Assembly: GCA_029953675.1 (NCBI GenBank)
Contig: JAMWBK010000012.1
Span: 310,001-374,000 of the forward strand
DNA length: 64,000 nt
Reading direction: 5' to 3'
From: Rhodosorus marinus CCMP1338
Lineage: Eukaryota > Plantae > Rhodophyta
Shown here: in pieces, positions 12,010-22,959 of the stretch
How the letters are laid out: each line of letters begins with the position of its first letter
Position numbering within the stretch: the stretch's first letter is position 1
The notes under the pieces: model-generated
The model's database searches: none
What the model was told of the DNA's origin: nothing
Seen by the model: only the letters and a program-made list of their open reading frames with translations
Position numbers and translations under genes: made by a program

Positions 12010-12475
12010 TTTCACTGGGCTTTACTGGGCTTTAGTGGACTGGACTGGACTGGACTGGGCTTTAGTAGCATAGCCTGAAACGCAAGGCGCAAGGCGTGAA
12101 AAGGAACTAAGAACTAGGGAGGGAAGCGTGCAAACCCAGGCGCCGATGGCGCGCCTAGGCAAGCATGCTGCTAGAATATCGCCACAGGGCGGCACTCAAA
12201 CGCCGTAAAGGCGCCAAGTACTCAGTAGGATGCTCAGCGAAACATTTCCGCAACCACTCTAAGCCCGACTTATCCACATGACCAAAAATTTCCACAATGA
12301 AAGGCTGGAACCGGGGGGAGCGACCCTCGGCGTAGGGCAGACTGGCCATGCTCTCAGCATACTGTCGTTCCTTCACTCGTCGAAGAGCCGAAGCGGCTGC
12401 ATAGCCCGATCTGCTACGCAAAACGTAGAAGGAAACTAGGGACTAGGAAGAAGAGTCGTAAGCCCAGGCGCCGGT
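12010..12475 (-). mobile_element. Family B (B3 subfamily) 3' fragment plus an adjacent related 3' end
   Basis: ORF 12155-12421 (RFQPFIVEIFG, SAALWRYSSSML); tail of GCCCAGTAAA/GTCCA units at 12010-12066. Confidence 0.85.
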
Positions 12476-12517
12476 AGAACGCTTTCTCAACAGGTGGAAG
12501 TCTTTTTCAATACAGCG

Positions 12518-13717
12518 GCTTCTCGCGGGGTGTCTTGCTTCCCAGCGTACCGGAAAGCGCCCAATACTTCTTTCTGGAGCTCCAAACCACCCTGAATTCC
12601 TGTACTAGTCTCCCCGAAACCGTTCAACCCCGTCTTCCTGACTGGCGAGCTGTATTTGACCGCTCTCGAGGCTCCGCCCCGGGGATTCGTCCTGCGCCTG
12701 AACCTGTTCTCGGGGAGATTGACCCAGTGGTTGCCGCAGAAGAAGAAGTTCCAGTTGATCCTCCTGATGATTCCCAGCGCGCTGGGAGCCGAGCTCAAGC
12801 ACGCACGGATGCGCTGCAAAATATCCTTTCTTGGGACTTGCACCGTGCTGCATATGGCCGACTCCTCGCGCAGATGGTCTCATCTTCTCGCGCTCGCGCC
12901 CGCCTACGTAGTCTTGGAGGGGTTATTAGCTCTCAGTGGCTCATGACCGTACCAGCCTTTCCGCCACTCACACTGTCGGATTTCGAAGTGCGTACTTCAC
13001 TGCGCTTATACCTCGGCTTACATCAGCCCCCTTGGCCGTACGAGATGGGTTCGTTGTGCCCTCTCTGCTCTCAGACTGAAGACAACGCAGATTTTGGCGC
13101 CCACCTGCTCGCTGGTTGCCCGGCGGTGAAAGGTGCTCGAACCCGCCGCCATACACGGATCTTGAACCTGTTATACCGGGAACTTCGGCCTATAGTCCGG
13201 CAAGCCGGTCTGGAAATCGAACGTGAGAAACCTTTACCCGTCGCGGACTTTCAAAATGATGAACGCCGTGTAGCCGACCTGGTGATCACCTGTGACGACA
13301 GCCGCCGTACCACATACGTTGATCTTGCTGTTCCTAACCCTCAAGCTAGTCGTTATCTCCCGGCTGCGGGGGAGCGCCGTGGATCTGCCGCCGCCAGCAT
13401 GAGACGCCGCAAAGAGATCAAATACGCGGGGGCTTTGTCTTCCCCTGGTGTTCGTGCTTCGGCACTAGCACATCGCTTGGTACCCCTGATCATTGAGTGC
13501 TTTGGGTTCATGGACTCTGTTGGTTCTCGCTGGCTTCGGGAGTTGTTCCGCGAACGCCCTGACCGTCTTCAATCGTTGTTTACCCGCTTAAGTTTCCTGC
13601 TGTGGCGCATGAATGCCGCTTTGATGTTGGAGGCGCGAGTACTTCGCCGCGCCTAGTCTTTTTTTCCCCTCGGGGTTTTTTTTTTTTCAGCCTCCGATTA
13701 AACCATTCGTTCGTTCG
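12518..13717 (+). mobile_element. Family A copy, 5'-truncated
   Basis: ORF 12535-13656 nearly identical to 3965-5974; TTCG tail; candidate TSD ATACAG (12510-12515, 13718-13723). Confidence 0.9.
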
Positions 13718-13745
13718 ATACAGTGAATAAATTTGATACACTGCC

Positions 13746-14056
13746 CATTTAGTCTTTTTTTCCCCTCTGATCATTGAGTGCTTTGGGTTCATGGACTCTG
13801 TTGGTTCTCGCTGGCTTCGGGAGTTGTTCCGCGAACGCCCTGACCGTCTTCAATCGTTGTTTACCCGCTTAAGTTTCCTGCTGTGGCGCATGAATGCCGC
13901 TTTGATGTTGGAGGCGCGAGTACTTCGCCGCGCTTAGTCTTTTTTTCCCCTCGGGGTTTTTTTTTCAGCCTCCGATTAAACCATTCATTCATTCATTTAG
14001 TCTTTTTTTCCCCTCGGGGTTTTTTTTTCAGCCTCCGATTAAACCATTCGTTCGTT
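13746..14056 (+). mobile_element. Head-to-tail stack of family A 3' ends
   Basis: 3' UTR piece 13746-13768, 3' end 13768-13997 with TTCA tail, 3' end 13998-14056 with TTCG tail. Confidence 0.85.
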
Positions 14057-14159
14057 TTGCGCAATGGGGGACTTCTAACTCAAAATCACTTTCAATAAAA
14101 AATATTTACGAGATGCACCACAATCAACCAATAAAGTTACTCTGAACTTGATCTTTAAT

Positions 14160-14283
14160 CCAATCATGGTTCTAAAGAAGAAGCTCTTTAGCCAATCATG
14201 GGCACACTTGCGGATTACGGTTAAGCGAGAGTAGCTGGGAGGTTACCACTGGAAACGGGTGCAACATGTTGAGGATATAAAAA
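14160..14283 (+). promoter_or_regulatory. Candidate promoter of the CBM-like gene
   Basis: CCAATCATGG twice (14160, 14192) and TATAAAAA at 14276, about 75 bp upstream of the ATG. Confidence 0.3.
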
Positions 14284-14354
14284 CCCTTGGAAACAGGATG
14301 GGACTAAGCCGAGTTCACAGGCTGTGATCTTGACGTAAAAGAGAGGTAGGGGAA

Positions 14355-15377
14355 ATGACGGAACTTAAGAAGAAGAGAGTTGGATGGCTGACTCTAGCTC
14401 TAGCTCTAGTCTTTGTACAATGCTATACCACCAGAGCACAGAAAGTGACGTCATCTAGAAATTACCTCATTAATGGAGGATTTGAGTCCGAACCGTTTTT
14501 GGATTGGACGAGGGCTGACTTGCCGGCCCATTCCGTAGCGGAAAGAGAAACGGTAGATGTCACAGGCGGCAGATTTGGTCTGCGCCTCGAAAATAGTTGT
14601 GCAGTACAGTCACTGCTGCTTCCAGATGAGTTCCCTTTCCTGTTTGAGTGTCGTGCCAAAGGCGATATATTTGGGATGAGATGGACCCGAAAGATAACGA
14701 ATAACTCAACTCGGCCGGATAATTCAGGTCGGAGGGTTCTGAAAGACTTCCGATCTTCCGAGTTTACCTACGTCTCCACATTGATAACGGACATGAAAAG
14801 CAATTTTACAAATGTCGTAGTGGAAATTTGCGCGTATGATGGGCTTGCATACTTTGACCAATGCTCCGTTAGGAAGGTGAAACGCCCCTCTCGATTTCAG
14901 AAGATTAGCGAAGAGGTAGTATCATACACGGAAAATAGAAACCCGTACTTCGAGATGGGAAGCGCAAGTTTCTGGAGATTGGGGAAGGGAGCGACGATCT
15001 CAGACGAGGATGCTGTCGTCGGGTACTATGCACTAAAGCTTTCAGGAAGAGGCGCCAGAGCAAGCCAATCATTCATTCTGGAGGCGGTGAGTTATGTATA
15101 CACTTTTTCGTGCAACTACAAAGGACCACGTGATCCGCAACTGCTTATCATACGGAAAAGGTACAACGATCTGATAGCTCGAAGAGACCCTGATCCAGAG
15201 ACGTCCAGAGTTTACGGATGGAAACGAATATCTATAGCGATAGCCCTTCCAAGATACGATGAGTATGAGTTTATCATCAAAGCTCGTCCAGAAGATACGA
15301 CCTATGTTGACGATTGCTCCTTGGTGCGTGAGGCTTATTTGGTACGGGAACGTAGAATCTTTTTTGATGAGTTTTAA
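14355..15377 (+). CDS. Secreted protein with two CBM4/9-like (galactose-binding-like fold) domains
   Basis: Hydrophobic signal LTLALALVFVQC; two repeats starting NYLINGGFE / NRNPYFE and ending YFDQCSVRKV / YVDDCSLVRE; no catalytic domain recognised. Confidence 0.72.
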   Translation: MTELKKKRVGWLTLALALVFVQCYTTRAQKVTSSRNYLINGGFESEPFLDWTRADLPAHSVAERETVDVTGGRFGLRLENSCAVQSLLLPDEFPFLFECRAKGDIFGMRWTRKITNNSTRPDNSGRRVLKDFRSSEFTYVSTLITDMKSNFTNVVVEICAYDGLAYFDQCSVRKVKRPSRFQKISEEVVSYTENRNPYFEMGSASFWRLGKGATISDEDAVVGYYALKLSGRGARASQSFILEAVSYVYTFSCNYKGPRDPQLLIIRKRYNDLIARRDPDPETSRVYGWKRISIAIALPRYDEYEFIIKARPEDTTYVDDCSLVREAYLVRERRIFFDEF

Positions 15378-15789
15378 GGAATCCGGTCGGTATGGTGGGA
15401 CATGACATCTCATTGATAGTAAGATTTCGTGTTTTCTTGTTTGGTTCCGTGTACGCTACCCAAGGCGGTGGACATACATACGACCATATCAGGAGTTCTA
15501 AGGAAACGGCTCACTATAAGAACCATTAATAGTAAACCTCAGACGCTGCTAAAATATCCGTTGAGACCCGCCCCTCCTCTTCCCTCTCAAGCGGAGGGCT
15601 TCCATTGTTTTACTACAAATCTCCTAGCAGGCTGCCCTGAGGCAACTGCACGCAGTGGTCGAAGGATCTTCTTGAGGACCCGAGACCACTCCGGTTCTCG
15701 CCACCCTCAGGAGCGTCCGCCAACCACGGCAGGATGATGTGGCACCGTCGGAGTTCACCGGCGCGGCGCCCTCGGCGTTCGTCATTTTA

Positions 15790-16055
15790 GTAACCTGCGA
15801 CAGGCAGGAGCTTCTCACGTTCAATTTCAAGGCCGCTTTGCCGTGTTATAGGCCGAAGTTCGCGGTATAATAGGCTCACGAAATCCACGGTGTCTTCATT
15901 CTGAGAGCATGGAGGGCACGGCGAACCCGTCTCGGACGACCAGGGCGGCTGATGCAAACAGAGGTATAAGCGCAGAGAAGTGCGCACTTCCAAATCTGTG
16001 AGTGTGTGAGTGCCGGAAAAGCGGGAACGGTCATGAGCCGCTGAGAGATGATACA
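15790..16055 (-). mobile_element. Old family A internal fragment
   Basis: ORF 15787-15993 EVRTSLRLYLCLHQPPW...LEIEREKLLPV. Confidence 0.75.
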
Positions 16056-16244
16056 GAGTTAAGTCTTAGGGCGACTGTTTCAGTGTACCACCCCCTATGA
16101 TTTGCCATCTTTCGGAAGCATCGACATAACTTATTCAATCAATGTTGCATATTTGATTGAATGTATACGTCCGGAGTTGATCGTTTTCGAGATTATGGGA
16201 TTCACTTATAATTTAGTTGTTTTTGCTTACAAACTTCACCGTGT

Positions 16245-16430
16245 AATGAATGAATGTGTTTAATCGGAGACTGACAGAAGGAGAAATCCTGAGCGAAAAA
16301 AAAAAGACTAAGCGCGGCGAAGATCGCGCCTCTCCAACATCAAATCAGCGTTCATCCACCACAGCAAGAAACTTAAACGGGTAAACAACGAGGACAGACG
16401 ATCAGGGCGTTCGCGGAACAATTCCCGAAG
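16245..16430 (-). mobile_element. Old family A 3' end
   Basis: Diverged 3' UTR with TTCA tail. Confidence 0.75.
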
Positions 16431-16526
16431 CCAAGGGGAATCAACCGAATTCCCAGACACTGTGATGCAGACTGTGTGCTCACGAGTTTATCCCAAATAT
16501 CCGTTTGGGTTAATCGAGTGAAGTTG

Positions 16527-16825
16527 AATGAATGAATGGTTTAATCGGAGGCTGAAAAAAAAAAACCCCGAGGGGAAAAAAAGACTAAGCGCGGCGAAGT
16601 ACTCGCGCCTCCAACATCAAAGCGGCATTCATGCGCCACAGCAGGAAACTTAAGCGGGTAAACAACGATTGAAGACGGTCAGGGCGTTCGCGGAACAACT
16701 CCCGAAGCCAGCGAGAACCAACAGAGTCCATGAACCCAAAGCACTCAATGATCAGGGGTACCAAGCGATGTGCTAGTGCCGAAGCACGAACACCAGGGGA
16801 AGACAAAGCCCCCGCGTATTTGATC
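16527..16825 (-). mobile_element. Young family A 3' fragment flanked by a 99-bp direct repeat
   Basis: Repeat at 16428-16526 and 16826-16924 with 2 mismatches; TTCA tail. Confidence 0.88.
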
Positions 16826-17062
16826 AAGCCAAGGGGAATCAACCGAATTCCCAGACACTGTGACGCAGACTGTGTGCGCACGAGTTTATCCCAAATATCC
16901 GTTTGGGTTAATCGAGTGAAGTTGGGGTTATCGCCTTACATAATTTTTTTCCATCAAGGAGCAAAAGGGATCCGCTAGGCTGCCGATGGGGGGGCAAGGG
17001 GTGGGGAACACAATTTGTACAGTGGCGGGATGAACGCTGTTCGATCGCACGCCTCCAGCGTG

Positions 17063-17135
17063 CGATCTTCGCCGCGCTTAGTCTCTTTTTCCCCGTCGGG
17101 GGTTTTTCCTTTCAGTCTCGGAATAAACAAATTCA
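17063..17135 (+). mobile_element. Old family A 3' end
   Basis: CTTCGCCGCGCTTAGTCT...CCCCGTCGGGGG...TCAGTCTC. Confidence 0.65.
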
Positions 17136-17374
17136 CAGTCTATGGAACCCTGTCGTTCGTCGTAGTTTTGAAGGCTTAGTATGGTTTTGATTGGATGTTT
17201 TGCTTTACTGGTGGATTTTATCTTTAGTTCTCTTCTTTGTTCCTCGTAAAAGCACGGAACAAAGAAGTTCCCTTGTATTTATCCATGGTACTAGAACAAA
17301 CATATCCTGGTCTACATCTGAATTATATAGTCTTCCTTGGTGCCAAACATAGATCACACGTTGCTGACACCGGG

Positions 17375-17450
17375 GGTTTCCGTAGCCTGATGCGCCACGC
17401 AAAACGTAAAAGGAAACTAGGTACTAGGGACACTGGGCTTTACTAGCACT
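17375..17450 (-). mobile_element. Family B-related 3' end remnant
   Basis: Variant stem-loop GCGTGGC-GCATCAG-GCTACGG and a nearby ACTGGGCTTTACTAGC tail piece. Confidence 0.5.
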
Positions 17451-17499
17451 AGGTTGCTGTGCTGACACTAGGTTGCTATAAATACACCGGCACGTCTGG

Positions 17500-17558
17500 G
17501 AGCGAGCACGAGCGAGAGAGAGAAAGGGAGAGGGAGAGAGGGAGAGAGGGAGAGAGCG
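17500..17558. repeat. GA-rich microsatellite
   Basis: GAGAGAGAGAAAGGGAGAGGGAGAGAGGG... Confidence 0.8.
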
Positions 17559-18036
17559 GCTCTTCCGTAATTCGTCCCACCATCAGTTCGTTTGTTCATA
17601 CTAGTGACGAGTTTTGCCGTCAGCTCCCGGACGTAACGTAGCGTCCGCTCCACAGTGTGTTGACTTTGACAAGTAATTCCTCTAAATGCGCCTCGGAATC
17701 CAGAGTACCCCTTATTCTTTGGCTCCTTAACCCCAAACTATGCACATTCATTCCACAATGAAACAAAGGCGTGGTTCCTAAGAGCCCGTAACCAGCTCAC
17801 ATTCAAAATTAGCTGTTGCCCCTGGTGTTGACTGTAAATAGAAGAGTTTCCAAACCCCCTTTTTGACGAGCCGATGCGAGCCGAGCGACAAAACATTGAA
17901 TGTTTATGGTCCACCACGATTCTTACTCTATTCTCGCCATGGAGTTCGACTGGTTCTGTGCCGCCAGCATTTACCATAAGTATTCAACATTATCCTTCCT
18001 CGGGGCTCCCTTAGGATTCATGCAACAGGGCAACGT

Positions 18037-18140
18037 CTTAGGTAGAATTTCGTGTGTGTAACCTCTTAGGTAGGATCTCGTGTGTGCAACCTCTTAGATA
18101 GGATCTCGTGTGTGCAACCTCATAGGTACAATCTCGTGCG
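18037..18140. repeat. 28-bp minisatellite, about 3.7 copies
   Basis: CTTAGGTAGGATCTCGTGTGTGCAACCT variants at 18037, 18065, 18093 and 18121. Confidence 0.9.
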
Positions 18141-18192
18141 TAGTGTGAAACGAGGTTGCTTGATTGGCCTTGTCTCGGGAGTTCAGGAGAAA

Positions 18193-19246
18193 ATGAAGCA
18201 GAAACTGTTGTTGGTAGTGTTGGCAATCGCCATTGGCCTGGCCACTACTCAGGGAATTGTCAATCAACATCCTGTTAGTAAGTGGAGGATGCCCGTTGGT
18301 GAGTTTTCTCGTATTCTCGTGTTTCGCAGTGCGTCGTGACCTTTGGCTCACAAACACATCGCCTTCGTGGAATTTTCCAGGGTTTGAATTTACGGACATA
18401 TCTGCTGGGGCAAACAGCAAAATTTTCGTTGTTGGCACTAACGGGGGAATGGGTCAACTGCAAGAGATAAACACGCGGAAGGAGACGCGGTCCTTGATGA
18501 AGCGTTTTGACAGAGTTTTCAGCACTATCCTGTACCTGCCATCGAAGAATTGGTTCGTAGCGGGTGAAGAAACCCCTCATTTTGTTGTGATGAGAAGGCA
18601 AAACAAAACGGGATTCCCGATTCTTGTGCGATGCCGTCTACCGGTGGCTGCCCCACCCACGAGCATGTTCGTCCATGATGAAGTTGTTTACTTCGGTGGC
18701 AAGGGCATGCGGTTCCTGTACAGCGTTAAGGTCAAAAAGCTCCTGGATTGTGAAATCAAAACAACTGAGCTCACCTTCATTGCCAAGGGAAACGAGGACA
18801 AAGGCATCGGCCAAGCGTACGTACAGGATGTCGAGTCTTACAAAGGACTACTAATCCTCGCGGTGATCAAGCCCACAGACACGTCTGTCGCTAACTCCGC
18901 TCTGTACTTGTACAACCCGAGCAAGAACGAGGGAGTGGTCTTGGTCAAGGACGATGCAAACCTCAAGTACCTGACGGGAATTGTTCGATATAGAAAGACT
19001 CTCTACGCAGCTGTGAAGAAGGGCATTTCCAACCCAACCAAGAACAATGAGAACAGAATTAGCGCTTGGAAGCTCAACGGTTCTTCACTGGAGATTATCT
19101 CGGCTTCTTACCTGGGCAGGTTCCAGAGTGGGGCTTCAGGAAGCAACTTTGGTGCTCTCATATTTAGCAAGGGTCTAGTGTGCGTGAGTGCCACTCTTGC
19201 TGGACGTGCCCAGGTTGTATGCTATCCTGGAGATATTTTTGGGTGA
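18193..19246 (+). CDS. Secreted beta-propeller-like protein, 2 exons (18193-18277, 18330-19246)
   Basis: MKQKLLLVVLAIAIGLATTQG signal; 52-bp GTAAGT..CGCAG phase-1 intron restores the frame into ORF 18233-19246; repeated short beta-blade-like segments. The fold is inferred. Confidence 0.75.
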
Positions 19247-19524
19247 AAACGTTTTTTGTACCGGGGGTTAGTTACGCTGCAATAGGCAACTGCCCAGTAA
19301 AGCTTACCGTTACGCTGCTCTGGCATTTGGGGGACAGAAAACACGTCAAAGAAGCTATGACTCTTTAGACAGCTGTTTGAACTATGGTGTGGACGTCCTT
19401 CTCTGTGTCAACTTTTACTTCCTGATGCGCTTGATCAGCTGGTTGCAACTTGTCTGTTTTCTCTAGTGCTCCCCTATCATACCACCCGAATAGCAAAACA
19501 AAGGGAATCTGGCCGTCCCGAGAA

Positions 19525-19691
19525 TATTCATCAACACGCGTTCAGGAGGTGCAACGCCGTGCCGGACGCAAATAGGTCCCGCTTTCGTTCCTGGAGGGAG
19601 CTGTTATGGGGACGAGCTGAAGCGATTGAGAATTCTCCCCTCGACCGCGTTCTTGCCGATGACGGAGAGGCTAGCCCCGGGTCACCTGTTG
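19525..19691 (+). mobile_element. Family B internal fragment
   Basis: QHAFRRCNAVPDANRSRFRSWRELLWGRAEA, as in the 30570-30735 region. Confidence 0.85.
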
Positions 19692-20420
19692 GTAACCCCA
19701 GACTAACGTAAGCCCAGGAGGCGTCGGTCCTTCAATAGGGGTAGGCCAGTCGGAAGCAGGAATGACCGGAGCGGAGCGCTCGGGTCGGTTGGAGGCAGGC
19801 CCCGCTGTACTGTGCGGATCCGCGGGGACGGGCACCGGGGGGTATGGGGCAGGCGCGGAGGCGGAGAAGCGCTCCAAATAGGCGATCAGCAGGGGCAGGC
19901 GGTGTTCCCGGGAAGCAGTCACAAGAAGACTCGTCAGTTTCGAGCAGATCCCATGGGCCAACTCGTCAGCGCAGTCCGTGAGGGTGGCCGCGGTACTAAA
20001 CCCGCCCACGCTGAGCTCCACGCGCGCTGAGAGAACGGCTCCGTCCGCCGGAATGGGTGGGGAAACCCCAAACATAACGATTGGAAGGTGTGAAAAACCT
20101 ATTTCCCCACGAAACCCCCAAAAAGAGCACGAGACCAGTGTGAAAGCTGCAGCCATCCATTGGCTTCGCATCATCGCATGGAGTGGATACTTTTGGAGCG
20201 TTTTGCGTCGGGTCCACGCCATCTGCGCGCAGCCGCCTCTACCTTTTTTGACCGGGAGAGGCATGCTGACCTCAAGCCACAAGGCAGAGCTACGGCGTTT
20301 GGGAGTATTAGAGGGCTTCGCTCCAAGCACCACGTCCAGTGCGAGTGGCGAGGAAGGGGAGCCGGAGGGCATGTCGGTCGAGAACGCCCCTATTACTTTG
20401 TTGAATCCCGGGGGAGCCAT
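19692..20420 (-). CDS. Uncharacterised ORF divergent from the family B RT ORF, truncated by a junction at 19692
   Basis: Frame open 20519 to 19674; first ATG at 20420; helical-looking LTDCADELAHGICSKLTSLLV..LLIAYLERF then a Pro-rich linker. Could be an antisense shadow. Confidence 0.35.
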
Positions 20421-20553
20421 CCCGCGAGCCTCGCGGAGTGGCCGGTTGACTAGTTTGGTGAGGTTAGGAGGCAAGCGCGCGAGGACCGACTCCCCCGGGT
20501 CTAAGGGGAAGAAGCACGATTAGCTCCCCGGGCAAGCTGCGAGGTCGCAGCCA

Positions 20554-22621
20554 ATGGACCTGCAGGCTTATGTCCTGAAGGAGGGCGGAGACTGGGGCAT
20601 CTGGCGCACGCGCCTGCGGAGTTGGCTCCGGCGATGGATTTCTTTGGAAGGAGGCTCCCTACCCCTCCGGGGTAGGATTCCGCCTCTTGTCCTCGCTCGT
20701 GGAGAGCTCTCCATGGCTGGGACAATCCTGGATTTTATTTTCCAGAATCTGGCGCGTACTCAACGGGACGTCGCTATGTGGGAATTTTTGGGGGTCATGC
20801 CGCGCCTGATTCTGGCACCTACTCACACGTCGGAGCGCAGATGGCGCGTCCGAGAACGACTGGCCATGTTCCTGAAGGGGGGATTCGAGGTGTTGCAGCA
20901 GAGCTGCTTGGCGTCATCCGAGGCATCCGGCCAGAGGACTCGCGCTGGGACATCCTCGCCTAGGACGACTCGAGTGCAGAAATTGGTGGCGGCTGGAGAC
21001 CTGAGCCGAGCGGCACGGGTATTGGAGGGTCAGGTGCCTATACACCCGTACGATGAGAGCCTCGACCAGCGCTGTGTCGGCGTTGTTCCCCTCGTCCGAC
21101 GTAGACTTGCTCCCCGAATTCGAGGCATTTTTAGACCGTCCAGAGTTGGCCAGTTTCCGCATCGACCTGACGCTCCGTGAGTCCGATCTGGAGGATTTGC
21201 TCCGGACCTCCCGTCGTGGACACTGCCCTGGACCCTCTGGGCTACGAACGGAATTACTGCAGGCCTTGAGCAAGCCTGGCCATAGCGCCCTGGTGAAGAT
21301 CCTGAATACGCTGTTCCAGGGTGCAGGGGGTGCGTCTGCCCCTTGGGACCATCCGCGACGGGCACAGCTTTGCTTGTTAACGAAACCCGACCACGAGCCG
21401 GCACACCCGCGTCTCCGGCCGATCGGCACGGTTGAGAGTCTACGGAAACTCGCCGGGAGGTGGCTATGCCAGCGCCTACGCCAGCGAGTCACCGCCTTTA
21501 TGGCGCCTTGGCAGGTAGGGGTGGGATTTTCCGGGGGTTGCGAACTAATCACCCATACGATCGAGCTCGAGCGAGCCAGTAGGCCTGATTGGGGCGTTTT
21601 GATAGTTGATTTCCGTAACGCGTTCAACAGCGTCTCGCGGACGCATGCTTTGGAGGTGATTCGTAGGGTATTCCCGGAGGCGTGGCCGTTCCTATCCGGT
21701 ATTTACGGAGGGGGGAGCCTCCCTTACTTGACAACGCAGGGCTCTGTTTTTGCAGCACTTACTGGCGTTCAACAGGGTGATCCTTGTGGGCCGGTACTTC
21801 ACGCATGTACCTTGCAGGTCGTGCTCCAGCGACTGGCGGCTGAGGTGCCGGAGCTTCGCATCTGTGCCTACCATGACGACGTGACGTTGCTGGGCACTCC
21901 TGAGCACTTGGCTCGGGGACTGACCCAGATCGAGGCACTCGCACGTGGAGTAGGTCTAACCGTGGAACCCGAAAAATGCCGTTTTCTCGGCCCGCGTGAA
22001 GTTTCGAGGGGCTCTCTGCCATCTAGTCTCCGAGCACTTGGTGAACATGCGGGGCTCGAGCACCATGGCGTCGGTTTGGGGAGTGACAACTTGTCCAAGA
22101 CTCTTGCGAACGAGTTTTAGCGCGCCATAAGCAGCTCACCGACGCCATTGAGCGCCTACCGGATAGCATGCTCCAATCGGCTTGCCTGCTCCCCCGCTTT
22201 TGCGCCGGCCCCCGGCTGAATTACTGGCTGCAAAGCCTTCCACCGCACTGGGGCTCGTGGATGGCAGCCAAGGCGAACGAGGCGACGCTGAAGCACTGGG
22301 GAACGCTCCTGGATGAACCCCTGGATGTGGAAGCGGCTCCTGACAGGGACCTAATTCGTGGCCAGATTGCCTACCTTTACGATTAGGCGGATTTGGAGTG
22401 GCCGACCGTGGACTCGTATGCTCGGCAGCGGCGGTCGCCTCCTGGGCTACCGCGCTTCGCACCTTGGTGAGTTTTCGGATGCGAAGTGCTTGCCTTTTGG
22501 CAAGAGCACTGACTAGCGAAGGCCCCGTGACCCTTCCGCCGCCGCTTTTGAGTATCTATGATGCTCTGCATCAGGCGTTCTGTAAGTTTACCTGGGTTTG
22601 CCCAGTTTACCTGGGTTTGCC
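20554..22621 (+). mobile_element. Family B CRE-like element: N-terminal region and RT, frameshifted, 3' part lost
   Basis: ORFs 20554-21180 (PRLILAP, LVAAGDLSRAARVL), 21053-22120 (RPIGTVESLRKLA, QVGVGFSGGCE, VDFRNAFNSVSR, GVQQGDPCGP, AYHDD) and 22168-22600. Confidence 0.9.
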
Positions 22622-22624
22622 ACA

Positions 22625-22945
22625 AGACAGGAAATTGCCCGAGAAACGGTCAAAATCGAAGTGCAAGACCACCTGCGGGTTGCAGCGCAGCCACCGGGCG
22701 CTCTCAGGCCACTACTCGGTAGGCTTCGCCAGCAAGGTCTCCAGGTACTGGTCTCTACATGCAGAGGCTTCCTCACATCCGGTACGAGAGTTTCTATATG
22801 AGTATCCGCGCGTTTGCACAGTAGCCCAAAGGTCTCCACACAGAACGGTACGAAGGTGTTGTCATTGTGGTTGCCGATCGCGCCACGATATTCGGATATT
22901 TTAAAGTTCTCTGCTATGGATACTGCGTATCCTGTCACCCAGGAC
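22625..22945 (-). mobile_element. RLE C-terminus of a further, more distant CRE-like lineage
   Basis: GYAVSIAENFKISEY...FVPFCVETFGLLCKRA matches the A..AE..K..KY and F.PF.VETFG endonuclease motifs but not families A or B. Confidence 0.55.
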
Positions 22946-22959
22946 GCTGTGTGAAGGTA

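Noticed and set aside
18037-18140. 28-bp repeats as a CRISPR array
   Set aside because: Repeats are directly adjacent with no spacers, no cas genes, and the context is eukaryotic with introns.
19978-20523. Plus ORF as the definite N-terminus of the family B polyprotein
   Set aside because: In frame with RT but bracketed by two TAG stops, without a zinc finger, and opposed by a longer open antisense frame; unresolved with one copy.
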